A stretch of DNA of 64,000 bases from an uncultured Bacteroidota bacterium. GTDB taxonomy: Bacteria > Bacteroidota > Ignavibacteria > UBA10030 > UBA6906. Below the pieces are notes generated by a model. That model saw only the letters and a list, made by a program, of their open reading frames with translations. It did no database searches and was not told the DNA's origin. Below, piece after piece: positions 37,772 through 45,928 of the stretch. Every line of letters begins with the position of its first letter. The first letter of the stretch is position 1. Position numbers and translations under genes: made by a program. Location of the stretch: contig CAVOYH010000004.1 of the NCBI GenBank assembly GCA_963700635.1, forward strand, positions 384,001-448,000. The letters run 5' to 3'.

Positions 37772-38958
37772 TGAACATCATCGTCTGCAACATCGGTTCG
37801 AGCAGCTTCAAGTTCCAGCTGCTCGACATGCCGGGGGAACGCCAGCGTGCACGCGGGTACACCGAACGCGTGGGCGCGCAGGACGCGATCACGACGTACT
37901 GGGTTGAGGACCGGCAGGTCTACCAGGCGGTAAAGGGCGTTCCCTCACACCGTGAGGCCGTACAGGATGCCATTGACTTTCTGGTCGATCCAAAGAACGG
38001 CGTGCTTTCTTCGCTCGATCAGATCGAAGGCGTAGGATTCAAGACCGTGCAGGGTGGAGAGAAAAATGGTTCTGTTTTCCTGACCGAGGATGTTCTGGAA
38101 GCCATGGAAGTGTACAGGGATCTGGCCCCCGCGCACAATCCCCCGTATCTGACGGCAATCAGAATGTTCAGGGAACTCCTTCCCCGTACGCCGCTTGTCG
38201 GCGTGTTCGAACCGGGATTCCATACGACGATACCGGAGTACGCCCGGGTGTACGGGGCTCCGTTTGAGTGGTATGAACGCCTGGGCGTAAAAAAATACGG
38301 GTATCACGGCGCATCGCACAAGTTTATTGCCACGGAGACGGTGCGGCGGTTTGGCCTGCCTGTCGACAATCACCGGATAATCTCCTGCCACCTTGGCGGC
38401 TCCTCATCACTGTGCGCGATCAAGAATGGGGTTTCCATTGACACCTCAATGGGCTTCACCCCGCAATCAGGCCTTCTTCAGGGTACCCGGGTCGGGGATA
38501 TGGATCCGTTTGTTCTGCCGTTTGTGATGAAGAAGAAGGGGATCACGCTCGATCAGGCGCTTGCGGAATGTTCAAAAAACGGGGGTCTGGCAGGGATTTC
38601 GGGAATCTCCGCCGATATGCGGGATATCAATGCAGCCGTGGCGCGGGGGGATCGCCGTGCCCGCCTCGCGCGTGACCGCTTTGTCTATGACTGCAAGCGT
38701 TACGTGGGGGAATACCTTGTGTTGCTGGAGGGCGTGGATGTGATTGTCTTTACGGGCGGGATCGGCCAGCGTGATGCGGCTCTGCGTCGAGAAGTACTCA
38801 GCGCCCTGAGTTTTCTCGGGCTGAAGCTCGACGATGCGAAGAATAACGCGCATGCAGATCGTATCACTACGGCAGATTCAACCATCGTCGGAGTGGTTCT
38901 GGCGACCGATGAAGAGATTGTCGTTGCCCGTGAGACCGTACGGGTGATCGGGCAATAG
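37771..38958 (+). CDS. acetate/propionate kinase family, divergent active site
   Basis: NIGSSSFKF, APAHNP, YGYHGASH, CHLGGSSS, DTSMGFTP, GTRVGD, FTGGIG, TDEE. Confidence 0.92.
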   Translation: MNIIVCNIGSSSFKFQLLDMPGERQRARGYTERVGAQDAITTYWVEDRQVYQAVKGVPSHREAVQDAIDFLVDPKNGVLSSLDQIEGVGFKTVQGGEKNGSVFLTEDVLEAMEVYRDLAPAHNPPYLTAIRMFRELLPRTPLVGVFEPGFHTTIPEYARVYGAPFEWYERLGVKKYGYHGASHKFIATETVRRFGLPVDNHRIISCHLGGSSSLCAIKNGVSIDTSMGFTPQSGLLQGTRVGDMDPFVLPFVMKKKGITLDQALAECSKNGGLAGISGISADMRDINAAVARGDRRARLARDRFVYDCKRYVGEYLVLLEGVDVIVFTGGIGQRDAALRREVLSALSFLGLKLDDAKNNAHADRITTADSTIVGVVLATDEEIVVARETVRVIGQ

Positions 38959-40107
38959 TCACTCCCTGTCCTTCCCGCCAATACGTTGTACGTCGCCTGT
39001 TTCCCCCGTGTCCTTTTCCGGATCGTTCATCACCCGGGATTGATGCTCGATCGATTCCCGGTGGATGATCTCAAAAAGTTTCATGACGAACTCTTTTGTC
39101 AGGTTCTTCTCCCGCCCCTCTTCCAGCCGCGTCCGGACAATTTCATCCCAGCGTGATGATTGCAGAATTGTAGTGTTGCTCTTTTTCTTATAGGCGCCTA
39201 TCTCCTCCGCCACCGCCATACGTTCCGACATGATATCCAGGACGCCGTGGTCGATCTTGTCGATGCGTTCCCGCAGCTCCTCGAGCTTGGTGCGTGTCAT
39301 TACATCGCCAATGCTCTCCTGCCGGAAAACAAGATGGTTTAAGAGGACCCCTGTTTCCTCGGGTGTCAGCTGTTGTTGCGCATCACTGAGTGCTTCCGCA
39401 GGATGGATGTGTGATTCGATCATGAGGCCGTCGAAATTCAGATCCATGGCAGTCTGAGCCACTTCCTGGAGTGTATCCGTGCGGCCGCAGATATGGCTGG
39501 GATCGCAGACGATGGGAAGCCCGGGAACGCGCCGTTTGAGCTCAATCGGGATTTCCCAGTTGGGCTTGTTCCGGTATTTGGACCGTTCGAAGGTCGAGAA
39601 GCCGCGATGGATTGCGCCCAGTTTTGTGATGCCCGCCTTGTTGATACGTTCAAGAGCTCCGATCCACAGCTCGATATCCGGATTGATAGGGTTTTTTACG
39701 AGCACCGGCGTATCAGTTCCGCGGATTGTATCGGCGATTTCCTGCACGACAAATGGGTTGGCGGTGGATCGTGCGCCGATCCAGAGGATATCAATCCCCG
39801 CCTTGAGGGCTTCTTCAACATGACGGCTGTTTGCGACTTCGACGGCGGTAGGGAGGCCTGTTGCTTTTCCTGCGGCCCGGATCCAGCTCAATGCAACGCC
39901 TCCGATTCCTTCGAATGCAGAGGGCCGTGTGCGGGGTTTCCAGACGCCCGCCCTGAGGGCGTGTACGCGGCCGAGTTTCTTCAACTCCAATGCCGTCTGC
40001 AATACCTGGCTTTCACTTTCGGCGCTGCAGGGTCCAGAAATGATCAGCGGTCGCGGTGCATCAAGTCCGATCAAGCGCTGACGTTCAAACGATAAATGTG
40101 CCTCCAT
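38959..40107 (-). CDS. bifunctional DAHP synthase / chorismate mutase
   Basis: ISGPCSAE, WKPRTRP, WIGAR, IHRGF, DPSH, GLMIESH; C-terminal LEELRERIDKID CM domain. Confidence 0.93.
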   Translation of the reverse strand: MEAHLSFERQRLIGLDAPRPLIISGPCSAESESQVLQTALELKKLGRVHALRAGVWKPRTRPSAFEGIGGVALSWIRAAGKATGLPTAVEVANSRHVEEALKAGIDILWIGARSTANPFVVQEIADTIRGTDTPVLVKNPINPDIELWIGALERINKAGITKLGAIHRGFSTFERSKYRNKPNWEIPIELKRRVPGLPIVCDPSHICGRTDTLQEVAQTAMDLNFDGLMIESHIHPAEALSDAQQQLTPEETGVLLNHLVFRQESIGDVMTRTKLEELRERIDKIDHGVLDIMSERMAVAEEIGAYKKKSNTTILQSSRWDEIVRTRLEEGREKNLTKEFVMKLFEIIHRESIEHQSRVMNDPEKDTGETGDVQRIGGKDRE

Positions 40108-40154
40108 TTCGGGTAATCCTTTTCGTTGTACGGTAATCGATTTCTGTCTCAGTG

Positions 40155-41036
40155 CTATCCGCCGTCAGGTCCATTATGGCCGCTACCATTAAGCCCCGCC
40201 AGCACCCTCCGGATTTCATTTGCCTCTTCCATGGTGCGTGCCAAGTGCTCCGTGCGCCCGGATTCCAGCATCTGCTTGAATGCGGTGATGTTTCGGATGT
40301 ATGCATCCAGGGCTTCACAAACAAATTCCGCATTCTGTTCGAAAATCGGAGCCCACATGGCCGGTGAGCTTTTTGCAAGACGCACCGTGGATTCAAAGCC
40401 GGAACCGGCAAGGGCAAAAATCGTGGACGTGCTCTTCTCGATCTCAAGGACCGTGGTTGCAAGGACGAATGAGGTGATATGCGAAATATGCGAGACGTAT
40501 GCGGCATGGCGATCGTGATCGTCGGCGCCCATAAAAAGAAGGCGCATGCCGAGAACCGTGTACAGGTGTTTGACACGTTCCAGTGCATCGACATCACTGG
40601 CGCCGGATTCGCAGAGGATCCCCGGCTTGCCACGGAAAAGATCCTTCTGTGCTGCTGCGGGGCCGCTGTTCTCCGTACCCGCAATCGGATGGGAAGGCAC
40701 AAATCGACCCCGGCGCGGATGAGCGCGTACGGCATTACAAATGGTACGTTTTGTTGACCCCGCATCGGTCACCACCGTGCCGGGGTTTATCATGTCCAGG
40801 ATATGGGGGAGTATGTTTACTGCAGCGCTGACAGGCACAGCGAGGATGATCAGGTCAGCCGACCGCACGCCCTGATCCAGGGTTACGATTTCGTCAATAA
40901 GGCCGAGATGGAGCGCAGCTGCGGAATGGGCCTCATTCTGATCTACCCCCAATACCCGATCGGAAAAACCCGCAGCTCGAAGATCCAGTGCCATGGATCC
41001 TCCAATAAGCCCGACACCGATCACTGTCGTCGTCAT
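40155..41036 (-). CDS. tyrA: prephenate dehydrogenase
   Basis: IGVGLIGGS, DAGSTK, HPIAGTE, HD..AYVSH, STVRLAKSSP.MW. Confidence 0.92.
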   Translation of the reverse strand: MTTTVIGVGLIGGSMALDLRAAGFSDRVLGVDQNEAHSAAALHLGLIDEIVTLDQGVRSADLIILAVPVSAAVNILPHILDMINPGTVVTDAGSTKRTICNAVRAHPRRGRFVPSHPIAGTENSGPAAAQKDLFRGKPGILCESGASDVDALERVKHLYTVLGMRLLFMGADDHDRHAAYVSHISHITSFVLATTVLEIEKSTSTIFALAGSGFESTVRLAKSSPAMWAPIFEQNAEFVCEALDAYIRNITAFKQMLESGRTEHLARTMEEANEIRRVLAGLNGSGHNGPDGG

Positions 41037-42226
41037 ACAACCTCCCGTGGGGCACTGGCAGAAGGGACATGCGTGCTCACACGATCTGATGCGGCTTGCA
41101 GTATGTTCACCGGACTGCAGAGGGAGAGGCGAAGGTAGCGCGCCCCCCTCGGTCCGAAGATGCTGCCCGGTGTAATAAAGAGTTGCATGGTCTGCAGGAT
41201 CCAGTCGCTGAAAAGCCTCGCTTCCGGTGCGTCGTCAGGAATGCGTCCCCACGCGAACATGCCCGCCTGACCGGATTCCACGGTACAGCGGAGTTTTTCG
41301 AGAAGCGACGTCCCGATGGCGCGCCGACGGTCATACTCGGTCTGCACTTGACGATACCATTCCGGACCGGCCTGCAATGCGGCGATCGCAGCCTCCTGGA
41401 CCGGAAGAAAGATGCCTGATTCGACATTACTTGCCACCCGTAGAACGGTTTCGATGTAGTCTTTACGGCCGGTAAGCCAGCCCAGGCGCCATCCCGCCAT
41501 ATTGTGTGACTTGCTCATGGATCCAAATTCGACCGCAACGTCTTTGGCCCCGTCGCACGAAAGAATGCTCATCGGTTCTGCCGTGGAACTCAGCATGGAA
41601 TACGGATTATCGTGGCAGATGAGGATACGGTGTCGCCGGCCGAAATCCACAAGGCGTTGAAGAGTGGACCGTTGCGCCGGCGCACCGGTTGGCATGTGGG
41701 GATAATTGGCCCAGAGCATTGTCACACCCGAACGGTCCAAACGCTCGAGCTCCGCCCAGTCAGGTGCCCAACCCTCTTCCGGATTGAGCGGGTACACGGC
41801 GATCTCACCTCCGGCAAGGCGTGTGACGGATGTGTACGTCGGGTACGACAGGTCGCTCACGAGCGCCCGATTTCCTGGATTAAGAAAGGCGAGGGCAAGA
41901 TAGATCATCCCCTGCTTGGAGCCCGGCAACGGAAGGATCTCAGTTGCAGGATCAACCGAGAGTCCGTGCGTGGAGTCGAGGTAGACTGAAATGGCTTCGC
42001 GCAGGGCGGGCAGGCCCTTGTACGCCTGATAGCCATGGTGATCTACTTTGCGGGCAGAAGAAGCGAGCTGTTCGATCGTTGATGGAGAGGGGGGCAGATC
42101 CGGATTGCCGATCCCCAGGTTAATGACCGGGATTCCACGTGAGACCATCGCCCGAATTTCCTGGAGCTTGGAGGAAAAATAATATTCTTCGACGCTCCGC
42201 AGGCGTTCAGAAGGCGGAATGATCAT
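41033..42226 (-). CDS. class I/II PLP aminotransferase (likely aromatic)
   Basis: LGIGNPD, NYPHMPTG, HDNPY, SMSKSHNMAGWRLG; position within the Phe/Tyr operon. Confidence 0.9.
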   Translation of the reverse strand: MIIPPSERLRSVEEYYFSSKLQEIRAMVSRGIPVINLGIGNPDLPPSPSTIEQLASSARKVDHHGYQAYKGLPALREAISVYLDSTHGLSVDPATEILPLPGSKQGMIYLALAFLNPGNRALVSDLSYPTYTSVTRLAGGEIAVYPLNPEEGWAPDWAELERLDRSGVTMLWANYPHMPTGAPAQRSTLQRLVDFGRRHRILICHDNPYSMLSSTAEPMSILSCDGAKDVAVEFGSMSKSHNMAGWRLGWLTGRKDYIETVLRVASNVESGIFLPVQEAAIAALQAGPEWYRQVQTEYDRRRAIGTSLLEKLRCTVESGQAGMFAWGRIPDDAPEARLFSDWILQTMQLFITPGSIFGPRGARYLRLSLCSPVNILQAASDRVSTHVPSASAPREVV

Positions 42227-43068
42227 AGAACTTTTTTCCCTCGCGGATAGGTGCCGAGAATATGCAATTCATGAACGTAAGGGGTGATTGACGCAAGTGC
42301 GTCCTTCAGGTGCTGAAGGTCATCAAATTCAAGGTCTATGTGCATAAAATATTCCCACTCGCGCCCGAGCACAGGCAGTGACTGAATTTTCGTGAGGTTA
42401 CACCCGTAGTCGGCCAGAATTGTTAGCACGCGGGCCAGACTTCCCCTGGTGTGCGAAACATGGAACGCCACGGAGGCTTTGTCCGGGGGCAGGATGTGCC
42501 CGTTGAGCTGGTCTCTATCGGTGAGAACGAGAAAACGTGTAAAATTTCTTTTGTGGGTTTCGATGCCGGGTGCGAGTATTTGAAGTCCGTACAGAGCCGC
42601 GGCGCGTTTTCCTCCAATCGCGCCTACCCCCTTTTTGTGGTGATCCTTGATCCAGGCCGCACTTCCAGCCGTGTCTGAAGTCTCAACCAGTCGCACATGA
42701 GGATGTTTTTCGAAAAACGTGTGACACTGCTGGATGGCCATCGGATGGGAGTGTACTTCGCGGATATCCTCAAGTTTCTGCCCGGGTAGCGCCATAAGAT
42801 TTTGCCGGATGGCCAGATACACTTCACCAATGATGGCTAGCGTGGAGGTTCGCAGGAGGGCGTAGTTCGGAAGAATTGTCCCTGCGACCGTGTTTTCGAT
42901 TGCCATGACAGCATACCGGGCTTTTCGCTTTTTCATGACCTGGAAAAGGTCGCGAAATGTCTCACAGGGGACAATGGTGAACGGGTCAGGGAAATGCTGT
43001 GCCGACGCCTCGTCGTGAAACGAGCCAGCGACTCCCTGTATCGCAATCGTAAGTTGGTCTGGGTCCAT
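42223..43068 (-). CDS. pheA: prephenate dehydratase with ACT domain
   Basis: IAIQG..GSFH, AIENTVAG, SHPMAIQQC, NFTRFLVL, NLTKIQSLP. Confidence 0.93.
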   Translation of the reverse strand: MDPDQLTIAIQGVAGSFHDEASAQHFPDPFTIVPCETFRDLFQVMKKRKARYAVMAIENTVAGTILPNYALLRTSTLAIIGEVYLAIRQNLMALPGQKLEDIREVHSHPMAIQQCHTFFEKHPHVRLVETSDTAGSAAWIKDHHKKGVGAIGGKRAAALYGLQILAPGIETHKRNFTRFLVLTDRDQLNGHILPPDKASVAFHVSHTRGSLARVLTILADYGCNLTKIQSLPVLGREWEYFMHIDLEFDDLQHLKDALASITPYVHELHILGTYPRGKKVL

Positions 43069-43071
43069 ATA

Positions 43072-43099
43072 ACGAAAAATCCCGACTTTTGTCGGGATT
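43072..43099 (-). terminator. attenuator terminator hairpin of the pheA operon leader
   Basis: Minus strand AATCCCGAC-AAAA-GTCGGGATT-TTTCGTT, ending 3 nt before the pheA ATG. Confidence 0.85.
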
Positions 43100-43127
43100 G
43101 GTTATTGACTATGCAGTGAGGGGTGCA

Positions 43128-43199
43128 TCAGTCCCGACAGGATTCGCTCGCGGGATAAAAGTAATAAAAAGAAAAGCCGTGATAGACGTTCGTTAGCAT
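43128..43199 (-). CDS. Phe/Tyr-rich attenuator leader peptide MLTNVYHGFSFYYFYPASESCRD
   Basis: Translated by hand; 3 Phe + 4 Tyr, six of them in FSFYYFY; 3' end TGTCGGGA is complementary to the terminator 5' arm. Confidence 0.88.
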   Translation of the reverse strand: MLTNVYHGFSFYYFYPASESCRD

Positions 43200-43339
43200 A
43201 CATCCAAGGAAAAGGTTTTCGCCATCAATAGCAAGCGGAAAAAAATGTCCTGGAATCCCGCACCGGCGATGTCAGGGTTTGTAAAGGCTTGCCCTCATGC
43301 GCGCGCAGTGGTCGTGCTTGCCTCTCACCGGTTTGCTGC

Positions 43340-44242
43340 CTAAAGAATCCTGTGCTGGGTGAGGAACTCCCTGATCTCGATGTAAATGCGGAGCATCTCG
43401 TCACGTGAGAATCCTCCATGATTGCCATCGGGGATGGTCACGAGACGGTTCGGGACTCCGGCCTTGTCCAGAGCCGCATGGAGCCGGGTTGCATGTGCAT
43501 ACGGCACAAGCTGGTCTCTGGTCCCATGGATCGAGAGTATGGGTGGAAGACCAGCGCGAACATAGGAAAGGGGAGACACGCGCCGTGCAATTTCCTTCCG
43601 GTCGCTCCGGCTTCCGATCCAGGAAACAGCGTAGTTCTGCCGGTTCGGCCCGGAAAGCAGATCTGCCACATCCGTAATGCCAAACCAATTGATGATGGCG
43701 GCGACAGTCAGTCTCGGACTGGTTTGATCCCAGTCCGTTGATGCGTCAAAGCCCGCTGTTGAATCCAGCATTCCGGTGGTCAGCGCAAGATGGCCGCCGG
43801 CAGAGCCTCCTGTGACGACGATGCGTGACGTGTCAAAGTTGTACGTCTTCGCATTCTTCATGACCCACTTAAGAGCGAGGCGGCAATCTTCGACGGCGGC
43901 GGGCGCTAGCGCAACGCGGGCCAGACGGTACTCCACATTCACAATCGAAAACCCCATCCCGAAATATGGGAGAAGTCCGACCAGACTACCTTCCTTCGTT
44001 CCTGCCACCCAGCCTCCGCCATGGATGTTCACGATTGTCGGCACGGGACCGGTATCGCTTCGCCGGGCGTACACATCAAGCTTACAGTCATATCCGTCGG
44101 CGACAGAGTATGTGATATTGGGGACAGTCCAATACCCTCTCTGCATATCAATGGCCCAGGGGATGGGTTCGGGAAGTTGCGGCTGGCCCGATGTGGGGAC
44201 GGCAATCAAGAGAGCAAGGGAAACAAGAATGAATGAGCGCAT
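43340..44242 (-). CDS. secreted alpha/beta hydrolase (esterase, HSL/BD-FAE-like)
   Basis: Signal peptide; IHGGGW, GGSAGGHL, HGTRDQLVP, HGGF. Confidence 0.9.
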   Translation of the reverse strand: MRSFILVSLALLIAVPTSGQPQLPEPIPWAIDMQRGYWTVPNITYSVADGYDCKLDVYARRSDTGPVPTIVNIHGGGWVAGTKEGSLVGLLPYFGMGFSIVNVEYRLARVALAPAAVEDCRLALKWVMKNAKTYNFDTSRIVVTGGSAGGHLALTTGMLDSTAGFDASTDWDQTSPRLTVAAIINWFGITDVADLLSGPNRQNYAVSWIGSRSDRKEIARRVSPLSYVRAGLPPILSIHGTRDQLVPYAHATRLHAALDKAGVPNRLVTIPDGNHGGFSRDEMLRIYIEIREFLTQHRIL

Positions 44243-44287
44243 CGTGACCTCGATTAGCGTGGTGACATCAGGTGAAACTTCTGTCTC

Positions 44288-44316
44288 AATATAGTCGGGT
44301 CATGGTCGAGAATCAA
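44288..44316 (-). promoter_or_regulatory. putative sigma70 promoter
   Basis: Minus strand TTGATT-N17-TATATT. Confidence 0.5.
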
Positions 44317-44338
44317 CCACGGTTCCCGGTACGTCCGG

Positions 44339-45172
44339 TCAGGAAGAACGGGTTTGCGGGGCATACAGGACGGCCGCTTTCTCGGCGGAAGAAACAATGC
44401 CTCTGATGAGTGCAGAACTGAATCCATGGTGTTCCATCTGATTCAGGCCCGCTATCGTACAACCCTGCGGCGTTGTGACCTTATCGAGCTCTCCTTCAGG
44501 GTGGACGCCTGCTTGCACCAGCAAACTTGCCGCACCCCGCGCAGTCTGGGCAGCCATCAGGAGCGCCTCATCAGCGTGAAAACCTATTTCAATTCCTCCC
44601 TGGGACGCAGCCCGGACCGCCCGCAAAAAGAACGCGATCCCGCAGGCACAGAGTGCGGTGGCCGGAACCATGAGGGTTTCATCTATCACCAGAGTCTTGC
44701 CGAGTGCGTCAAAAAGCGACTTTACCGCGGGCATTACTGCGTCGGCGTGATGGTCTGCGGCGAGACAGGTCATTGACTCCCGGATCGAAATGGCGGTATT
44801 GGGCATGGCCCTGACAATGGGAATGTCCATTCCCAGCTGTGTGCGGATCTGCAGAATCGATGCGCCGGACACGACGGAGATGAGTGTGTGACGCCGCGGA
44901 TCAAGAACCGGGCGTATTTCCGCAAGAAGCGCGTTCAGCTGCTGCGGTGTGACGGCGAGGACGACCATGGTGGATGAAGAGACGGCCTGCACATTGTCAC
45001 TGGTCGTGATAAATCCTTCTGATTGAAAATGATCGAGAAGGGGAAGACGGCGTCGTGTAAGGACGATGCGGTCGGGCGTGAGAACTCTGGCTGAGACCAG
45101 TCCCCGGGCTATCGCTGCTCCAATGTTCCCGGTGCCAAGTATTGATATACGATTTTCCGTCCTGTCCATCAT
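44339..45172 (-). CDS. proC: pyrroline-5-carboxylate reductase
   Basis: ILGTGNIG, LAVTPQ, VRAMPNT, QTARGAA, KVTTPQGCTIAGL; start ATG 45172 or 45169. Confidence 0.93.
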   Translation of the reverse strand: MMDRTENRISILGTGNIGAAIARGLVSARVLTPDRIVLTRRRLPLLDHFQSEGFITTSDNVQAVSSSTMVVLAVTPQQLNALLAEIRPVLDPRRHTLISVVSGASILQIRTQLGMDIPIVRAMPNTAISIRESMTCLAADHHADAVMPAVKSLFDALGKTLVIDETLMVPATALCACGIAFFLRAVRAASQGGIEIGFHADEALLMAAQTARGAASLLVQAGVHPEGELDKVTTPQGCTIAGLNQMEHHGFSSALIRGIVSSAEKAAVLYAPQTRSS

Positions 45173-45246
45173 CTGCGTCCTTAAGAGATGTCTGAGAAAG
45201 ATACATTGATTGAGATCGCTGACCTGGCTGAGAACTCTCCTCATAC

Positions 45247-45280
45247 ACAGACCGACTTCAGGAGGCTGAAGTCGGTCTGT
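45247..45280. terminator. perfect 15-bp stem hairpin in the proC leader (terminator, pause or attenuator)
   Basis: ACAGACCGACTTCAG-GAGG-CTGAAGTCGGTCTGT; only a weak U-tract on the minus strand. Confidence 0.55.
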
Positions 45281-45310
45281 TGTTGACAACCACACAGCAT
45301 CAGGCCCACC

Positions 45311-45391
45311 TCACCCGTCACCTGACGGGGTGTTCGGGTTGGCGGGTGGCACAACACTGCTTGTCTTCGTACCGGGGAGGCGCACATTCAT
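45311..45391 (-). CDS. candidate Pro-rich leader peptide MNVRLPGTKTSSVVPPANPNTPSGDG
   Basis: Translated by hand; 5 Pro, four in PPANPNTP; ATG sits at the predicted +1; upstream of proC. Confidence 0.55.
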   Translation of the reverse strand: MNVRLPGTKTSSVVPPANPNTPSGDG

Positions 45392-45397
45392 GCGATA

Positions 45398-45426
45398 AAC
45401 ATAACGTATTCCATCCACGATGTCAA
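45398..45426 (-). promoter_or_regulatory. sigma70 promoter for the proC leader
   Basis: Minus strand TTGACA (45426-45421)-N17-TATGTT (45403-45398), 6 nt, then ATG 45391. Confidence 0.7.
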
Positions 45427-45863
45427 TTGTTGTCAGCTCCTTTACCCGTTCCATGCTGATGGAGCCGCCGGGGGTTATCGACCAGCGTGCCGGCTTTTAG
45501 TTTTTCCAGCGCCGCGTCGATCGTCAGCTCATCCGTAAGTATGGGAACGATCCCCGCTGCGATAAGGTGCTGATGGGCGCCCATGCCCATCCCGCGTGCA
45601 ACGAGCACGGCGCAGTCGGATATGGGGGCGGTCATGGTTTCGTGCTTACGTTCATGACCATGCCCGTGATGTTCCTGCCCGTGATGTTCCTGTCCGTGAT
45701 GTTCCTGTCCGCCAAACGTGTGATGGCCTGCTTTCGGAATACGCACCCGTTGAAGTTCCTGCTGATCCTGCACGGTGACCACTTCATAAAACTTCGCCCG
45801 TCCGAAGTGGGCGGAGATGGCGTTACCGTCGTCCGTTACAAAAGCAATTTTGTTCTGTTGCAT
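45423..45863 (-). CDS. NifB/NifX (FeMo-cofactor-binding-like) family protein with His-rich insert
   Basis: KIAFVTDDG..ISAHFGRAK, DCAVLVARGMG.GA, GIVPI; (GQEHH)3 insert. Confidence 0.85.
   Translation of the reverse strand: MQQNKIAFVTDDGNAISAHFGRAKFYEVVTVQDQQELQRVRIPKAGHHTFGGQEHHGQEHHGQEHHGHGHERKHETMTAPISDCAVLVARGMGMGAHQHLIAAGIVPILTDELTIDAALEKLKAGTLVDNPRRLHQHGTGKGADNN
45664..45708. repeat. 3 x 15-bp tandem repeat encoding GQEHH
   Basis: CCGTGATGTTCCTGY three times. Confidence 0.9.
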
Positions 45864-45928
45864 GATATTGGCCTTCTCTTCTGAATATCCCTCGTTGTGA
45901 AGGTGTTCCGTGGATTAGATGCCGCCGG

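Noticed and set aside
43102-43203. Alternative uORF MYANERLSRLFFLLLLS... in the pheA leader
   Set aside because: The other frame gives the F/Y cluster matching the operon products and the correct stop position relative to the antiterminator
45173-45295. 41-aa N-terminal extension of ProC in the ORF track
   Set aside because: Runs through the leader hairpin; ProC similarity begins at MMDRTENRISILG
45664-45708. Short repeats as a CRISPR array
   Set aside because: Tandem in-frame coding repeat with no spacers and no cas genes
45423-45863. NifB/NifX-like gene as evidence of nitrogen fixation
   Set aside because: The family is common in non-diazotrophs and no nif structural genes are present in the window
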